From the NCBI GenBank assembly GCA_902573295.1, contig CACGJB010000002.1, positions 8,433 through 72,432 on the forward strand: a DNA stretch of 64,000 bases, given 5' to 3'. Below the pieces are notes generated by a model. That model searched no databases. It worked only from the letters and a program-made list of their open reading frames with translations, and was not told the origin of the DNA. The DNA comes from an uncultured Pelagibacteraceae bacterium (GTDB lineage Bacteria > Pseudomonadota > Alphaproteobacteria > Pelagibacterales > Pelagibacteraceae). How positions within the stretch are numbered: the stretch's first letter is position 1; every line of letters begins with the position of its first letter. Below, piece after piece: positions 9,885 to 20,233 of this stretch. Both the position numbers and the translations under genes were made by a program.

Positions 9885-11720
9885 TTAATCTAATTCAAAT
9901 TCTTTTGTATAGTTTTTTTTTAATTTAGAGTTCTGTTTTAATTTATCTAAAATGCAGTCTCCAATAACCAAATAATCTAATTCTGTTCCCATGAAGCAAT
10001 TAAAGGCATCTGTTGGTGTATTTACAATCGGCTCACCTCTTACATTAAAAGAAGTATTCACAATAACAGGACAGCCAGTTTTTTCCTTAAATTTAGAAAT
10101 TAGATCATAATAACGATTGTTTGTGTTTTTTGTGACAGTTTGAATTCTAGCAGAATAATCCACATGGGTAACTGCAGGAATTTCTGATCTCTTAATATGT
10201 AATTTATCTATACCAAAAAGTTTTTCTTGTTCATTAGTCATTTCTATTTTTTTATTATGATTTATATTTGCAACTAATAGCATGTAAGGGCTATCAACAT
10301 TCATCTCAAACCATTCTGACAAATCTTCCCTAAGAACTGAAGGTGCAAAAGGTCTAAAGCTTTCTCTATATTTTACTTTAAGATTTAAATTTTTTTGCAT
10401 TTTATCAGATCTAGGGTCTCCTAAAATAGACCTACCTCCTAAAGCTCTTGGGCCAAATTCCATCCTTCCTTGAAACCATCCAATAGCTTTTTCATTTGAT
10501 AAAAATTCAGAAGTTTTATCAATTAATTCATCGTACTTTAAAGTTTCAAAATTAGCACCTGCAGCTTTCAATTCGCTTTCAATTTCTTCTTGATTATATT
10601 CGGTTCCTAAATATGAACCCCTCATATCGTCGTTCAAATTTATTGATCTTTTATTGCCTTGATCAATATGCCATAGTGCTAAAGCTGCTCCTAAAGAACC
10701 GCCTGCATCACCAGCAGCAGGCTGTATCCAAATATTATCAAAAATTTTTTCTTTAAGAATTTTTCCATTTGCAACACAATTTAACGCTACACCTCCGGCT
10801 AAACATAGGTTTTTAATTCCATATTCTTCTCGAATTGATCTTACCAACTTAATCATAATTTCTTCGGTAACTTTTTGAATTGATGATGCAATATCCATAT
10901 GAAATTGAGTTATTGCTTCGTTTTTAGAATTACGAGGTTTTTGACCAAATAAACTATTAAATTTTTCATTTGTCATTGTAAGTCCAGTTGCGTAGTTAAA
11001 ATATTTTTGATCTAGTCTAAAAGTACCATCTTCTTTCAAATCAAATAATTGTTTTACTTTGTCCTCATAAATAGGAGTTCCGTATGGAGCTAAACCCATC
11101 AATTTATATTCACCACTATTTACCTTAAAACCTGTATAATATGTAAAAGCCGAATAAAGTAATCCAAGTGAATGGGGGAAATGAATTTCTTTTTTGATTT
11201 CTAAGGTTTCATTTTTTCCAACAGCAACTGTTGTTGTTGCCCATTCACCTACTCCATCTGCAGTTAAAATAACTGCTTCTTCAAAAGGTGATGGAAAAAA
11301 AGCGCTCGCTGCATGACTTAAATGATGATCTGAAAAAAAAATATTTTCATCAGATTTATAATTTTCATCATGCTGCTTAAGTTTATTAAATAAAAGATTT
11401 TTTTGAAAAAGCTTTTCTTTAATCCATAGAGGCATAGCTTTTGCAAAAGAAACAAAACCTTTAGGCGCAAAGGCTACATAGGTTTCTAATAATCTTTCGA
11501 ATTTTAAAAATGGTTTCTCAAAAAAAACTATTTGATCAACTTCGCTTAATTTTAAATTTGCAAATTTTAATACAAACTCAATTGCATTGTGTGGATAATT
11601 TGGATCATGTTTTTTTCTTGTAAATCTTTCCTCTTGTGCAGCAGCAATAATTTTTCCATCAACTAAAATACATGCCGCACTATCATGGTAGAATGCTGAA
11701 ATACCTAAAATTGAACTCAC
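9885..11720 (-). CDS. O-carbamoyltransferase (NodU/CmcH/SxtI family)
   Basis: HDSAA, QEERFTRKKH, HHLSHAAS, GGVALNCVAN, EFGPRALGGRS, NTSFN. Confidence 0.95.
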   Translation of the reverse strand: MSSILGISAFYHDSAACILVDGKIIAAAQEERFTRKKHDPNYPHNAIEFVLKFANLKLSEVDQIVFFEKPFLKFERLLETYVAFAPKGFVSFAKAMPLWIKEKLFQKNLLFNKLKQHDENYKSDENIFFSDHHLSHAASAFFPSPFEEAVILTADGVGEWATTTVAVGKNETLEIKKEIHFPHSLGLLYSAFTYYTGFKVNSGEYKLMGLAPYGTPIYEDKVKQLFDLKEDGTFRLDQKYFNYATGLTMTNEKFNSLFGQKPRNSKNEAITQFHMDIASSIQKVTEEIMIKLVRSIREEYGIKNLCLAGGVALNCVANGKILKEKIFDNIWIQPAAGDAGGSLGAALALWHIDQGNKRSINLNDDMRGSYLGTEYNQEEIESELKAAGANFETLKYDELIDKTSEFLSNEKAIGWFQGRMEFGPRALGGRSILGDPRSDKMQKNLNLKVKYRESFRPFAPSVLREDLSEWFEMNVDSPYMLLVANINHNKKIEMTNEQEKLFGIDKLHIKRSEIPAVTHVDYSARIQTVTKNTNNRYYDLISKFKEKTGCPVIVNTSFNVRGEPIVNTPTDAFNCFMGTELDYLVIGDCILDKLKQNSKLKKNYTKEFELD

Positions 11721-11721
11721 T

Positions 11722-11871
11722 TTAAAAAATTGTGTATATAAATGGAGCCACTGCTGAACCTTGAGTTAATACAATTAAACCACCAAATAAAACTAAAACA
11801 ATTATAATTGGTAGAAGCCAATATTTTTTTCTTACTTTTAAAAATTCCCAAAATTCTTTTATAAAGCTCAT
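11722..11871 (-). CDS. SxtK/DUF5989-like small membrane protein (49 aa)
   Basis: Read manually: MSFIKEFWEFLKVRKKYWLLPIIIVLVLFGGLIVLTQGSAVAPFIYTIF; lies between the sxtJ-like gene and the carbamoyltransferase. Confidence 0.88.
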   Translation of the reverse strand: MSFIKEFWEFLKVRKKYWLLPIIIVLVLFGGLIVLTQGSAVAPFIYTIF

Positions 11872-11872
11872 A

Positions 11873-12256
11873 TTAAAATTGATTCTTCATTTTACTTTTT
11901 GGGCCATTTATTTCAATCCAATAAGATTTATTATTATTATATTTTAAATTTAATACGTCTTTTCCAAATAATCTCATTATTAAACCTATAGGTGTTACTA
12001 CTAAAAAAAATATTATACCCATGATTATAGGTGATACTATTTTTCCTAATAATATCCCAAACTTAAACCAAAGTTTATTCAAAGGAGTTAAAATTTTAGA
12101 ATTTAATAGACCTAGGACTAAGAAGATTAAAGAAATTATTACTGACCACACCCTTATTTCTTCACTATAGGTTATTGGGTATAAAGCTATAAGCAAAAAA
12201 ACTATAAAAAAAACAATCCCAAAACTTCGATTAGAGCTTATTTTGATATCATCCAT
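11873..12256 (-). CDS. SxtJ family membrane protein
   Basis: SNRSFG, LNKLWFKFGILLG, VVTPIG, C-terminal NQF. Confidence 0.88.
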   Translation of the reverse strand: MDDIKISSNRSFGIVFFIVFLLIALYPITYSEEIRVWSVIISLIFLVLGLLNSKILTPLNKLWFKFGILLGKIVSPIIMGIIFFLVVTPIGLIMRLFGKDVLNLKYNNNKSYWIEINGPKSKMKNQF

Positions 12257-14033
12257 TTAAAGATTTTTGAGGCTTCATATCTTCTTTTTTTATACCTGCA
12301 ACTCTAACAGGTTTTTTCATTGCATCTCTTCTAAATGGTTCCCCAAGCTCTTGGTTAAGAATTACCTCAATAAATGTTGTAATTCCTTTTTTCTGATCCT
12401 CACAAGATTGCTTAATTGCATTTGTGGTTTCTTCCATTGTTCTAACAGTTACACCTTTTAAACCACAAGCATCTGCAACTTTAGCATAACTTAACTCTGG
12501 ATCTAATTCAGTTCCAACAAAATTATCATCAAACCAAAGAGTCGTATTTCTTTTTTCTGCCCCCCATTGATAATTTCTAAAAATCACCATAGAAATAGCT
12601 GGCCATTCTTCTCTAGCACATGAACTCATCTCGTTCATACTGATACCAAAAGCACCATCACCTGCAAAACCAATTACCGGAGTGTCTGGACATCCAATTT
12701 TTGCACCTAATATAGATGGAAAACCATATCCGCATGGACCAAATAAACCAGGTGCCAAATATTTTCTACCTTTTTCAAAAGTAGGATAAGCATTACCAAT
12801 TGCACAGTTATTTCCTATATCACTTGATATAATTACATCATCTGGCATACCTGCTTGAATTGCTCTCCATGCTTGTCTAGGAGACATTCTATCAGCATCT
12901 CTTTTTCTAGCTTCTTCATTCCAAACTGTGCCTTCATCATCATCTTCATGATCTAAACTTGATAACTTCTGTAACCAAGCAGATTTTGTTTGGTGGATAA
13001 TATCTTTTCTTTTTTGCCTATCTGTATCACCTGCAGTTGGGGAAAGTTGAGAAAGTAATTGTTGCGCAACTAATTTTGCATCACCACAAATACCAACTGT
13101 AACTTTTTTTGTAAGACCAATTCTATCTGAATTCATATCTACTTGAATTATACTTGCATCTTTTGGCCAATAGTCCATACCATAACCAGGTAAAGTAGAG
13201 AATGGATTTAATCTTGTACCTAATGCCAAAACAACATCTGCTTGTTTAATTAATTCCATTCCAGCTTTTGAACCATTGTATCCTAACGGACCAGCAGCTA
13301 AAGGGTGGCTTCCAGGAAAACTATCATTATGTTGATAACCCGAACACACTGGTGCATCTAATTTTTCTGCAAGTTTTTTACAATCTTCAATAGCTCCACC
13401 GATTACAACACCGGCGCCAGATAATATGACTGGAAATTTTGCTTTTGATAATAAGTCTGCAGCTTTTTTGATTGCATCTACTCCACCTGCTTGTCTCTCC
13501 AACCTTACAATTGGTGGAAGATCAATATCAATTACTTGTGTCCAATAATCTCTTGGAACATTTATCTGCGCAGGTGCAGACCCTCTAATAGCTTTTTCTA
13601 TAACTCTATTTAGTACTTCAGCCATTCTTGATGGATCTCTTACTTCTTCTTGATAACAAACCATGTCTTTGAATAAATTCATTTGCTCTACTTCCTGAAA
13701 TCCACCTTGCCCCATTGTTTTGTTCGCAGCTTGCGGTGTGACTAATAAAAGAGGAGTGTGATTCCAATAAGCTGTTTTAATTGGTGTAACTAATCCAGTT
13801 ATTCCAGGTCCGTTCTGTGCAATAACCATTGACATTTTACCAGTAGCTCTTGTGTAACCATCAGCAATTAAACCACCGTTTGTTTCATGAGCAACATCCC
13901 AGAAAGTAATACCTGCATCTGGAAAAATATCTGAAATCGGCATAAAGGCTGAACCGATAATTCCGAATGCATGTTCAATACCGTGCATTTGTAAAACTTT
14001 TACAAAAGCTTCTTCTGTTGTCATTTTTGTCAT
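12249..14033 (-). CDS. xsc: Sulfoacetaldehyde acetyltransferase
   Basis: MTTEEAFVKVLQMHGIEHAFGIIGSA N-terminus, ThDP motif GDGAFGISMNE, ELGEPFRRDAM. Confidence 0.95.
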   Translation of the reverse strand: MTKMTTEEAFVKVLQMHGIEHAFGIIGSAFMPISDIFPDAGITFWDVAHETNGGLIADGYTRATGKMSMVIAQNGPGITGLVTPIKTAYWNHTPLLLVTPQAANKTMGQGGFQEVEQMNLFKDMVCYQEEVRDPSRMAEVLNRVIEKAIRGSAPAQINVPRDYWTQVIDIDLPPIVRLERQAGGVDAIKKAADLLSKAKFPVILSGAGVVIGGAIEDCKKLAEKLDAPVCSGYQHNDSFPGSHPLAAGPLGYNGSKAGMELIKQADVVLALGTRLNPFSTLPGYGMDYWPKDASIIQVDMNSDRIGLTKKVTVGICGDAKLVAQQLLSQLSPTAGDTDRQKRKDIIHQTKSAWLQKLSSLDHEDDDEGTVWNEEARKRDADRMSPRQAWRAIQAGMPDDVIISSDIGNNCAIGNAYPTFEKGRKYLAPGLFGPCGYGFPSILGAKIGCPDTPVIGFAGDGAFGISMNEMSSCAREEWPAISMVIFRNYQWGAEKRNTTLWFDDNFVGTELDPELSYAKVADACGLKGVTVRTMEETTNAIKQSCEDQKKGITTFIEVILNQELGEPFRRDAMKKPVRVAGIKKEDMKPQKSLNG

Positions 14034-14144
14034 AAAACTAGAACCTCTCTAAAATGTAATTAATATATTTATAAAATTCGTTTGTTAATTTGAGCGATTA
14101 ATATATAAGATTTTACAAAATTCAAACAAACAAATCGACACGAT

Positions 14145-14429
14145 ATGGCAACAGATATAATCATACATGATAAAAAAGACAATGTGGGAGTAGTTGTTAT
14201 TGAAAAAATCACTCCTAAACAGGACTGTGCATGCTGGATAATGGAAGATGACAGTTCAACAAATATTCAATCCATAGAAGAAATACCTTTAGGTCATAAA
14301 ATTGCAATGGTTGACCTTAAAGAGGGTGATACTATTTTAAAGTATGGCCATGATATTGGTAAAGTAGTTAAATCAATCAAAAAAGGTGAGCATGTACATG
14401 TTCACAATGTTAAAACAAAGAAGTGGTAA
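14145..14429 (+). CDS. suyA: Sulfolactate sulfo-lyase alpha subunit (SAF domain, UxaA N-terminal)
   Basis: [27 protein letters not shown]; paired with suyB. Confidence 0.85.
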   Translation: MATDIIIHDKKDNVGVVVIEKITPKQDCACWIMEDDSSTNIQSIEEIPLGHKIAMVDLKEGDTILKYGHDIGKVVKSIKKGEHVHVHNVKTKKW

Positions 14430-14433
14430 TATT

Positions 14434-15600
14434 ATGGAAATCCCAAAGAGCTTTTTAGGTTATAAAAGAGAAAACGGCAGGGCCGGAACACGAAATCATG
14501 TAATAATTTTACCTGTAGATGATATTTCAAACGCTTGTGCGGAAGCTGTTGCTAACAATATTAAAGGCACAATCGCTCTCCCTCATTCCTATGGAAGACT
14601 TCAGTTTGGTGCAGATTTAGAGCTTCATTTTAGAACAATGATAGGAACTGGATGTAATCCAAACGTTGCAGCGGTAATTGTCATTGGTATTGAACCGAAA
14701 TGGACAAAAAAAATTGTAGATGGAATTGCTAAAACAGGAAAACCAGTTGAAGGTTTTCATATTGAACGTACAGGAGATATTGGTACGACAATGAAAGCAT
14801 CTAAAAAAGCACAAGAGTTTGTAATGTGGGCTTCTGAAAAACAGAGAGAAGAATGTCCTTTAAGTGATTTATGGATTTCAGTTAAGTGCGGTGAATCTGA
14901 TACTACTTCAGGACTAGCTGCAAACCCAACTGTTGGAAACTTAATGGATAAACTTGAACCATTAGGAGTTCATTTATGTTTTGGAGAAACATCAGAGTTA
15001 ACAGGTGCAGAACAAGTATGCGCAACAAGAGGTGCTACAAAAGAAGCTTCTGAAAAATTTATGAAAACTTGGAGCTCTTATAATGATTTTATTTTAAAAG
15101 AAGCAACAGATGATCTTTCTGAAAGTCAACCAACAGCTGGAAATATAGCTGGAGGACTTACAACAATTGAAGAAAAAGCTTTTGGTAATTTTCAAAAAAT
15201 TGGTAATTGTAAATTTATTGATGTTCTTGAACCAGCTGAAGAACCAACTAAGGGTAAAGGTTTATATTTTATGGACACATCATCTGCTGCTGCAGAATGT
15301 GTAACTCTTCAAGCTGCAGCAGGTTTTAATATTCATTTATTTCCAACCGGACAAGGAAATATCGTAGGAAATCCTATAGAGCCTGTAGTTAAATTAACAG
15401 CTAATCCATTAACTGTAAAAGGTATGGGAGAGCATATTGATTGTGATGTTTCAAAGATTCTTTCAAGAGAAATGAATTTATCTGAAGCTGGAGATGAACT
15501 AATCAAAACGACTTTAAGGGTAGCAAACGGAAGATTGACTTGTGCAGAGGCTTTAGGTCACAAAGAATTTGTGATGACTAAACTCTACAGAAGTGCATAA
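14434..15600 (+). CDS. suyB: Sulfolactate sulfo-lyase beta subunit (UxaA family)
   Basis: [29 protein letters not shown]-terminal LYRSA; sulfonate context. Confidence 0.88.
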   Translation: MEIPKSFLGYKRENGRAGTRNHVIILPVDDISNACAEAVANNIKGTIALPHSYGRLQFGADLELHFRTMIGTGCNPNVAAVIVIGIEPKWTKKIVDGIAKTGKPVEGFHIERTGDIGTTMKASKKAQEFVMWASEKQREECPLSDLWISVKCGESDTTSGLAANPTVGNLMDKLEPLGVHLCFGETSELTGAEQVCATRGATKEASEKFMKTWSSYNDFILKEATDDLSESQPTAGNIAGGLTTIEEKAFGNFQKIGNCKFIDVLEPAEEPTKGKGLYFMDTSSAAAECVTLQAAAGFNIHLFPTGQGNIVGNPIEPVVKLTANPLTVKGMGEHIDCDVSKILSREMNLSEAGDELIKTTLRVANGRLTCAEALGHKEFVMTKLYRSA

Positions 15601-15606
15601 AAATCC

Positions 15607-16692
15607 GTGGATAATAAGTTTCAGTATATAAAATCAATTTTTCCAGGTGTTGTATTAGCTTTAATATTTTGTTTATTTTCTCAGGGTATTAATAATGTTT
15701 TAGCGATAGAGATTTTTAGTACTGAAAAAAGTCCAATTTCAACAGTATTAATTGCAATACTGCTTGGAATTTTAATGGGAAATGCTTTTACTCCAAGACC
15801 AGGTATGATGATTGGTTTAGATTTTACCCAACAATATATTTTAAAATTAGGAATAATTTTTTTAGGTATTAGATTAAGTTTTGCCGATTTTATAAAATTT
15901 GGCTCTGTCGCGATACCACTTGTGATTTTTTGTATTTTGGGAGTATTAATATTAATAAAACTTCTCATAAAAAAAGTGCCTATATCATCTAAAATGTCTT
16001 ACCTAATTGCTATTGGTACTAGTGTTTGTGGTGCTACTGCAATTGTTGCAACTGCTCCTGTTATAAATGCAAAAAAAACAGAAGTTGCTTATGCAATAGC
16101 TAATATTACATTGTTTGGGGTAATTGCGATGCTAGTTTACCCTTATTTTGCAGAATGGTATTTCGATAATAATGCTTTGGAGGCTGGTTTGTTTTTAGGA
16201 ACTTCAATACATGAAACATCACAAGTCGCTGCTTCAGGATTAATTTATGATCAACAATTTAATAATCCTGAAACTTTAGACGTAGCAACAGTAACAAAAT
16301 TAATTAGGAATACTTTTCTAGTCATACTAATTCCCTTATTTGCTTTCTTGTATAATAGGGGTGAATTTAAGGAACAAAAATACTCAATTTTAAGTATTTT
16401 TCCTTATTTTGTACTCGGTTTCATTGGTATGATAATTGTAAGAAATTTGGGAGATCAATTCTTTTCAATTGAAGATGATAATTTTTATGTTTGGTCAAAA
16501 TTTATTGAATATTTAAAAATTTTAGCAACTGTATTTTTAACAATGGCAATGGCAGCTGTAGGAATTTCAATAAACTTAGGTGAACTTAAATCAATGGGGT
16601 ATAAACCATTTGTAGTTGGTTTGATTGCAGCTGTTACGGTCGGAATTATCAGTTTAATATATATAGAAACTTTAAAAAATTTTTTAATTTAA
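15607..16692 (+). CDS. YeiH/PSE family putative sulfate/sulfite exporter (SuyZ/TauZ-like)
   Basis: GTSVCGATAI, GTSIHETSQV, TKLIRN; follows suyAB. Confidence 0.88.
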   Translation: MDNKFQYIKSIFPGVVLALIFCLFSQGINNVLAIEIFSTEKSPISTVLIAILLGILMGNAFTPRPGMMIGLDFTQQYILKLGIIFLGIRLSFADFIKFGSVAIPLVIFCILGVLILIKLLIKKVPISSKMSYLIAIGTSVCGATAIVATAPVINAKKTEVAYAIANITLFGVIAMLVYPYFAEWYFDNNALEAGLFLGTSIHETSQVAASGLIYDQQFNNPETLDVATVTKLIRNTFLVILIPLFAFLYNRGEFKEQKYSILSIFPYFVLGFIGMIIVRNLGDQFFSIEDDNFYVWSKFIEYLKILATVFLTMAMAAVGISINLGELKSMGYKPFVVGLIAAVTVGIISLIYIETLKNFLI

Positions 16693-17768
16693 GATTTTAC
16701 TAATAATTTTTTTCTTAAATTTGAAATAAAACGTCTAATAAATGCCGCTCCAACACCTAAAATAATCGCAAACATAATTGTAAATAATCCATAAAAGAAA
16801 GGCATCTCTTTAGAAAAATTAATTATAAATTGAGAAAAGAAATTTAAATTTGAACTAGTTGCTTTAGTGTTTCCATTTATAATTTTTTCTGCAAAAAATG
16901 TATCGTATGCTATTGCTATACCTACGATAAGTAATAAAATTGCTAATAAAGCTCTTAATCCAGAACTATCAATTCTTTCACCTAATTTTTGACCAACCTG
17001 TACTCCTATTATTGATCCTACAACTAACATAAGAACTAGCAATAAATCTATAGATCCATAATTGAATGAATGAAGAAAAGTAACAACCACGCTTACAAAA
17101 ATTGTTACAAACAAAGACGTTCCGGGAACTAGTTTGGTGGGCATCTTGATAATATAAATCATTGCAGGAACTAAAATAAACGCACCTCCAATTCCCATAA
17201 TCGCTGCAATAAAACCAACCAATAAACCAATTATAATTGGAGTAAAAATACTCTCATATAATTTAGACTTTGGAAATCTCATTCTTAATGGAAGACCATG
17301 TATCCAATAATGAACATGTAATTTTTTTTTAACTACAATGTTTCTTTTTGCTTTATCTATTTCACCTAAACTTTCAACAAGCATTAAAGTTCCAATTATT
17401 GCTAATATATACATATAAGCAAGAGAGATGACTGTATCAATTTTTCCAATACCTTTAAAATATGTAAAAGTATATATTCCTAATGAAGTTCCAATAACTC
17501 CTCCAATAACAATCATTGAACCCATTTTATAGTCTAAGGTATTTTTTAAATAATGAGTGGTAGATCCTGAAACCGATGTAGCTAAAATATTATTTGCTTC
17601 ATTAGCAACTGCATATGCAGGAGGTATTCCTAAAAAAATTAGAAAAGGTGTCATTAAAAATCCACCCCCAACTCCAAATAAGCCTGATAGAACTCCAACA
17701 ATAGCACTTAATAAAAGTATCTCTACAGGATTAACAAATACTTCGGCTATTGGTAAAAATACTTCCAT
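16689..17768 (-). CDS. TauE/SafE family sulfite exporter
   Basis: GLFGVGGGFLMTP and MGIGGAFILVP repeats. Confidence 0.88.
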   Translation of the reverse strand: MEVFLPIAEVFVNPVEILLLSAIVGVLSGLFGVGGGFLMTPFLIFLGIPPAYAVANEANNILATSVSGSTTHYLKNTLDYKMGSMIVIGGVIGTSLGIYTFTYFKGIGKIDTVISLAYMYILAIIGTLMLVESLGEIDKAKRNIVVKKKLHVHYWIHGLPLRMRFPKSKLYESIFTPIIIGLLVGFIAAIMGIGGAFILVPAMIYIIKMPTKLVPGTSLFVTIFVSVVVTFLHSFNYGSIDLLLVLMLVVGSIIGVQVGQKLGERIDSSGLRALLAILLLIVGIAIAYDTFFAEKIINGNTKATSSNLNFFSQFIINFSKEMPFFYGLFTIMFAIILGVGAAFIRRFISNLRKKLLVKS

Positions 17769-17797
17769 AAAAAACCTTAAAGTTGTTAAAGAACAAC

Positions 17798-17944
17798 TTA
17801 GCTAAAAGTAGTAAACGTTCCAACTAAAATCACTCCCCAGTAAGCTGCTAAGCTTGCTATAATTCCTGCTTTAATAAATATTGTTTTAAAATTTGAGAGT
17901 TTGTTTATAATTTTTACGTTAGAAAGTAACATTGAATTCGTCAT
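17798..17944 (-). CDS. Small hypothetical single-TM protein (48 aa)
   Basis: Read manually: MTNSMLLSNVKIINKLSNFKTIFIKAGIIASLAAYWGVILVGTFTTFS; fills an intergenic gap; TTGACA upstream on the same strand. Confidence 0.55.
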   Translation of the reverse strand: MTNSMLLSNVKIINKLSNFKTIFIKAGIIASLAAYWGVILVGTFTTFS

Positions 17945-18001
17945 TACACCCACAACGAAATTTGTCAAACAATTATTTATTATTAAGCAATTTTTTTTTA
18001 C

Positions 18002-18352
18002 CTAGTAGATGGTGGCCCCAAAAACTTTAACAGTATCGTCCTCAACTCCTAAAACCAATCTTCCAAGGAACTCACCTGGGATCTCTTTATTTGTCTGTTT
18101 AATTAGAACAGTTATATAGTCTCCTCTTCTAAGGCATCCAAACGGTTCGAAAGTTTCTTTAAGATTGGTAATTAGCTTGTTATTAGCCCACTGCTTACCA
18201 AGCTCTACTTCATTGGCACCAAAAAGCATTTGAGTGGAGAAATCTTTAGTGAAACCACCATAATCTTTGAGATTAGATGATTTAACCAAATTATCCCAAA
18301 TAGGTTTGGCTAATTCAAATATCTCATCATCTGTTTTAGATAAAATATCCAT
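18002..18352 (-). CDS. Hypothetical protein downstream of aprA
   Basis: 116-aa ORF, 21 nt after the aprA stop, same strand. Confidence 0.75.
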   Translation of the reverse strand: MDILSKTDDEIFELAKPIWDNLVKSSNLKDYGGFTKDFSTQMLFGANEVELGKQWANNKLITNLKETFEPFGCLRRGDYITVLIKQTNKEIPGEFLGRLVLGVEDDTVKVFGATIY

Positions 18353-18373
18353 AAAATTTATTTGAAAAGTTTA

Positions 18374-20233
18374 TTAAGATGCTTTTTTCTTCTCGTTCTC
18401 ATCCACTATATGGTAGACAGGAACTTTCTCCATACTAAACTTACCAGTCTTAGGATCTCTTCTTGAAACTGTTAAACAATGCCAATTATCATCATCAAGC
18501 TTCATATGATCGCCTCTATAATAATACCCAGGCCATCTAGTTTCTTCTCTAAACATAGTATGTTCTGTTACACACTGAGATGTCAAAGCTCTGTGTTTAA
18601 GCTCCCATGCCCTCATAAGCTGGTGATAATCCTCAGCACCTACATTTTCAAGATCTTCCTCAAGCCAAGCTAACAATTCTAATCCTCTTTTTAGCATATT
18701 AGCATTGGTCATATAATTTGTAGCTATTCCACCTACATATTCATCCATTATTCTTTGTAAACGTTGTAAACCTTGAATAGGTGAGATATAACTTGGAGAT
18801 ACAGTTCCTCCTGTAATCTCATTTTGAGCAACTGTGTAATTTTCTAAAGGTTTATAAACTTTAACTTTAAAATCTTCACATTGTTGGTCTGAAACCTTTA
18901 AGCCCTCAGCTTTTTTGTCTTCAATATATTTTACAGCTGCTTTTGCTGCTAATCTACCCTCTGTAAATGATCCTGACGAAAATTTGTGAGCACTTCCACC
19001 TACAGTATCACCTGCTCCAAATAATCCATCAATTGTTAACATTCTATTATAACCCCAGAAATACTCCGGTGGAGACAAATCTTCTGGTCCACTTACCCAA
19101 GCTCCAGAACAAGTAGCATGGGAACCCATTACGTATGGTTCGGACGTTGTTAATTCAGGATTTGTATATTTCGGATCAATATTTTGAGATGCCCAAACTA
19201 CAGCTTGACCTACTGTCATTCCTAAGAAATTCTCCCAACCAACAGTTTCTAGATGTGGATCTTGAAAAGCTTCAGTAGTAACCATATGTATTGGTCCACC
19301 ACCTGCCATTGTTTCTTGAATAAAAGCATGATTTCTTAAACACGTAGGTGTTGGATGGTGATCTATATATTCACCTACTAATTCTTTAGTCTGGTCGTAC
19401 CATTTCTTTTCGTAGTTTTCACCGTTTGCATTTTGTGTATATGTTTTTAAATGTAAGAAATAGGCTCCAACAGGTCCATATCCATCTTTAAATCTACATA
19501 ACACAATTCTATTTTCCATTTGGGTCATTTTAGCACCAGCTGCGATTGGTAATGCGTATGCTGAACCATTGCTCCAAGGAGCATACCAAGTTCTTCCCAT
19601 ACCTTCTCCAACAGCTCTAGGTTTAAATATGTGTGAAGCTCCTCCTGCTGCAACAATTACAGCCTTTGCTCTAAATACATGGAAATCGCCTGTTCTCATA
19701 TTAAATCCAACAGCTCCACCCACTCTATTCTCTTGAGCCTCATCCATTAAAAGATGAGTAATCATAATTCTATTATAAATTTTGTCTGCAGATTTTTTTG
19801 CTGCTTCTGCAACAATTGGCTTATAACTTTCACCGTGGATCATTATCTGCCACTTACCTTCTCTTAAATATCTTCCAGTCTCCTCATTTTTCATCATAGG
19901 AAGACCCCACTCATCAAACATATGAACAGTTGAGTCTACATGACGAGCCATGTCATATCCTAAATCTTCTCTAACCATTCCCATCAAATCATTTCGTGCG
20001 TATCTGACATGATCTTCAGGTTGATTTTCACCCCACTGCATACCCATGTAACAGTTAATTGCATAAAGACCTTGGGCTACAGCCCCACTTCTATCTATGT
20101 TTGCTTTTTCAACACAAACAATTTTCATATCTCTACCCCAGTGCCTTGCTTCAAAAGTTGCACCAGTGCCGGCCATTCCTCCACCAACAACTAATATATC
20201 ACAGTCTTCATAATGAGTTTTGTGCTTAGCCAT
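18374..20233 (-). CDS. aprA: Adenylylsulfate (APS) reductase alpha subunit
   Basis: RSGAVAQGL, WQIMIHGESYKP, RFKDGYGPVGA, HKFSSGS, REETRWPG. Confidence 0.97.
   Translation of the reverse strand: MAKHKTHYEDCDILVVGGGMAGTGATFEARHWGRDMKIVCVEKANIDRSGAVAQGLYAINCYMGMQWGENQPEDHVRYARNDLMGMVREDLGYDMARHVDSTVHMFDEWGLPMMKNEETGRYLREGKWQIMIHGESYKPIVAEAAKKSADKIYNRIMITHLLMDEAQENRVGGAVGFNMRTGDFHVFRAKAVIVAAGGASHIFKPRAVGEGMGRTWYAPWSNGSAYALPIAAGAKMTQMENRIVLCRFKDGYGPVGAYFLHLKTYTQNANGENYEKKWYDQTKELVGEYIDHHPTPTCLRNHAFIQETMAGGGPIHMVTTEAFQDPHLETVGWENFLGMTVGQAVVWASQNIDPKYTNPELTTSEPYVMGSHATCSGAWVSGPEDLSPPEYFWGYNRMLTIDGLFGAGDTVGGSAHKFSSGSFTEGRLAAKAAVKYIEDKKAEGLKVSDQQCEDFKVKVYKPLENYTVAQNEITGGTVSPSYISPIQGLQRLQRIMDEYVGGIATNYMTNANMLKRGLELLAWLEEDLENVGAEDYHQLMRAWELKHRALTSQCVTEHTMFREETRWPGYYYRGDHMKLDDDNWHCLTVSRRDPKTGKFSMEKVPVYHIVDENEKKKAS

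Noticed and set aside
9885-12256. Saxitoxin biosynthesis
   Set aside because: Only sxtI/J/K-like genes are present; no sxtA, sxtG or other core genes
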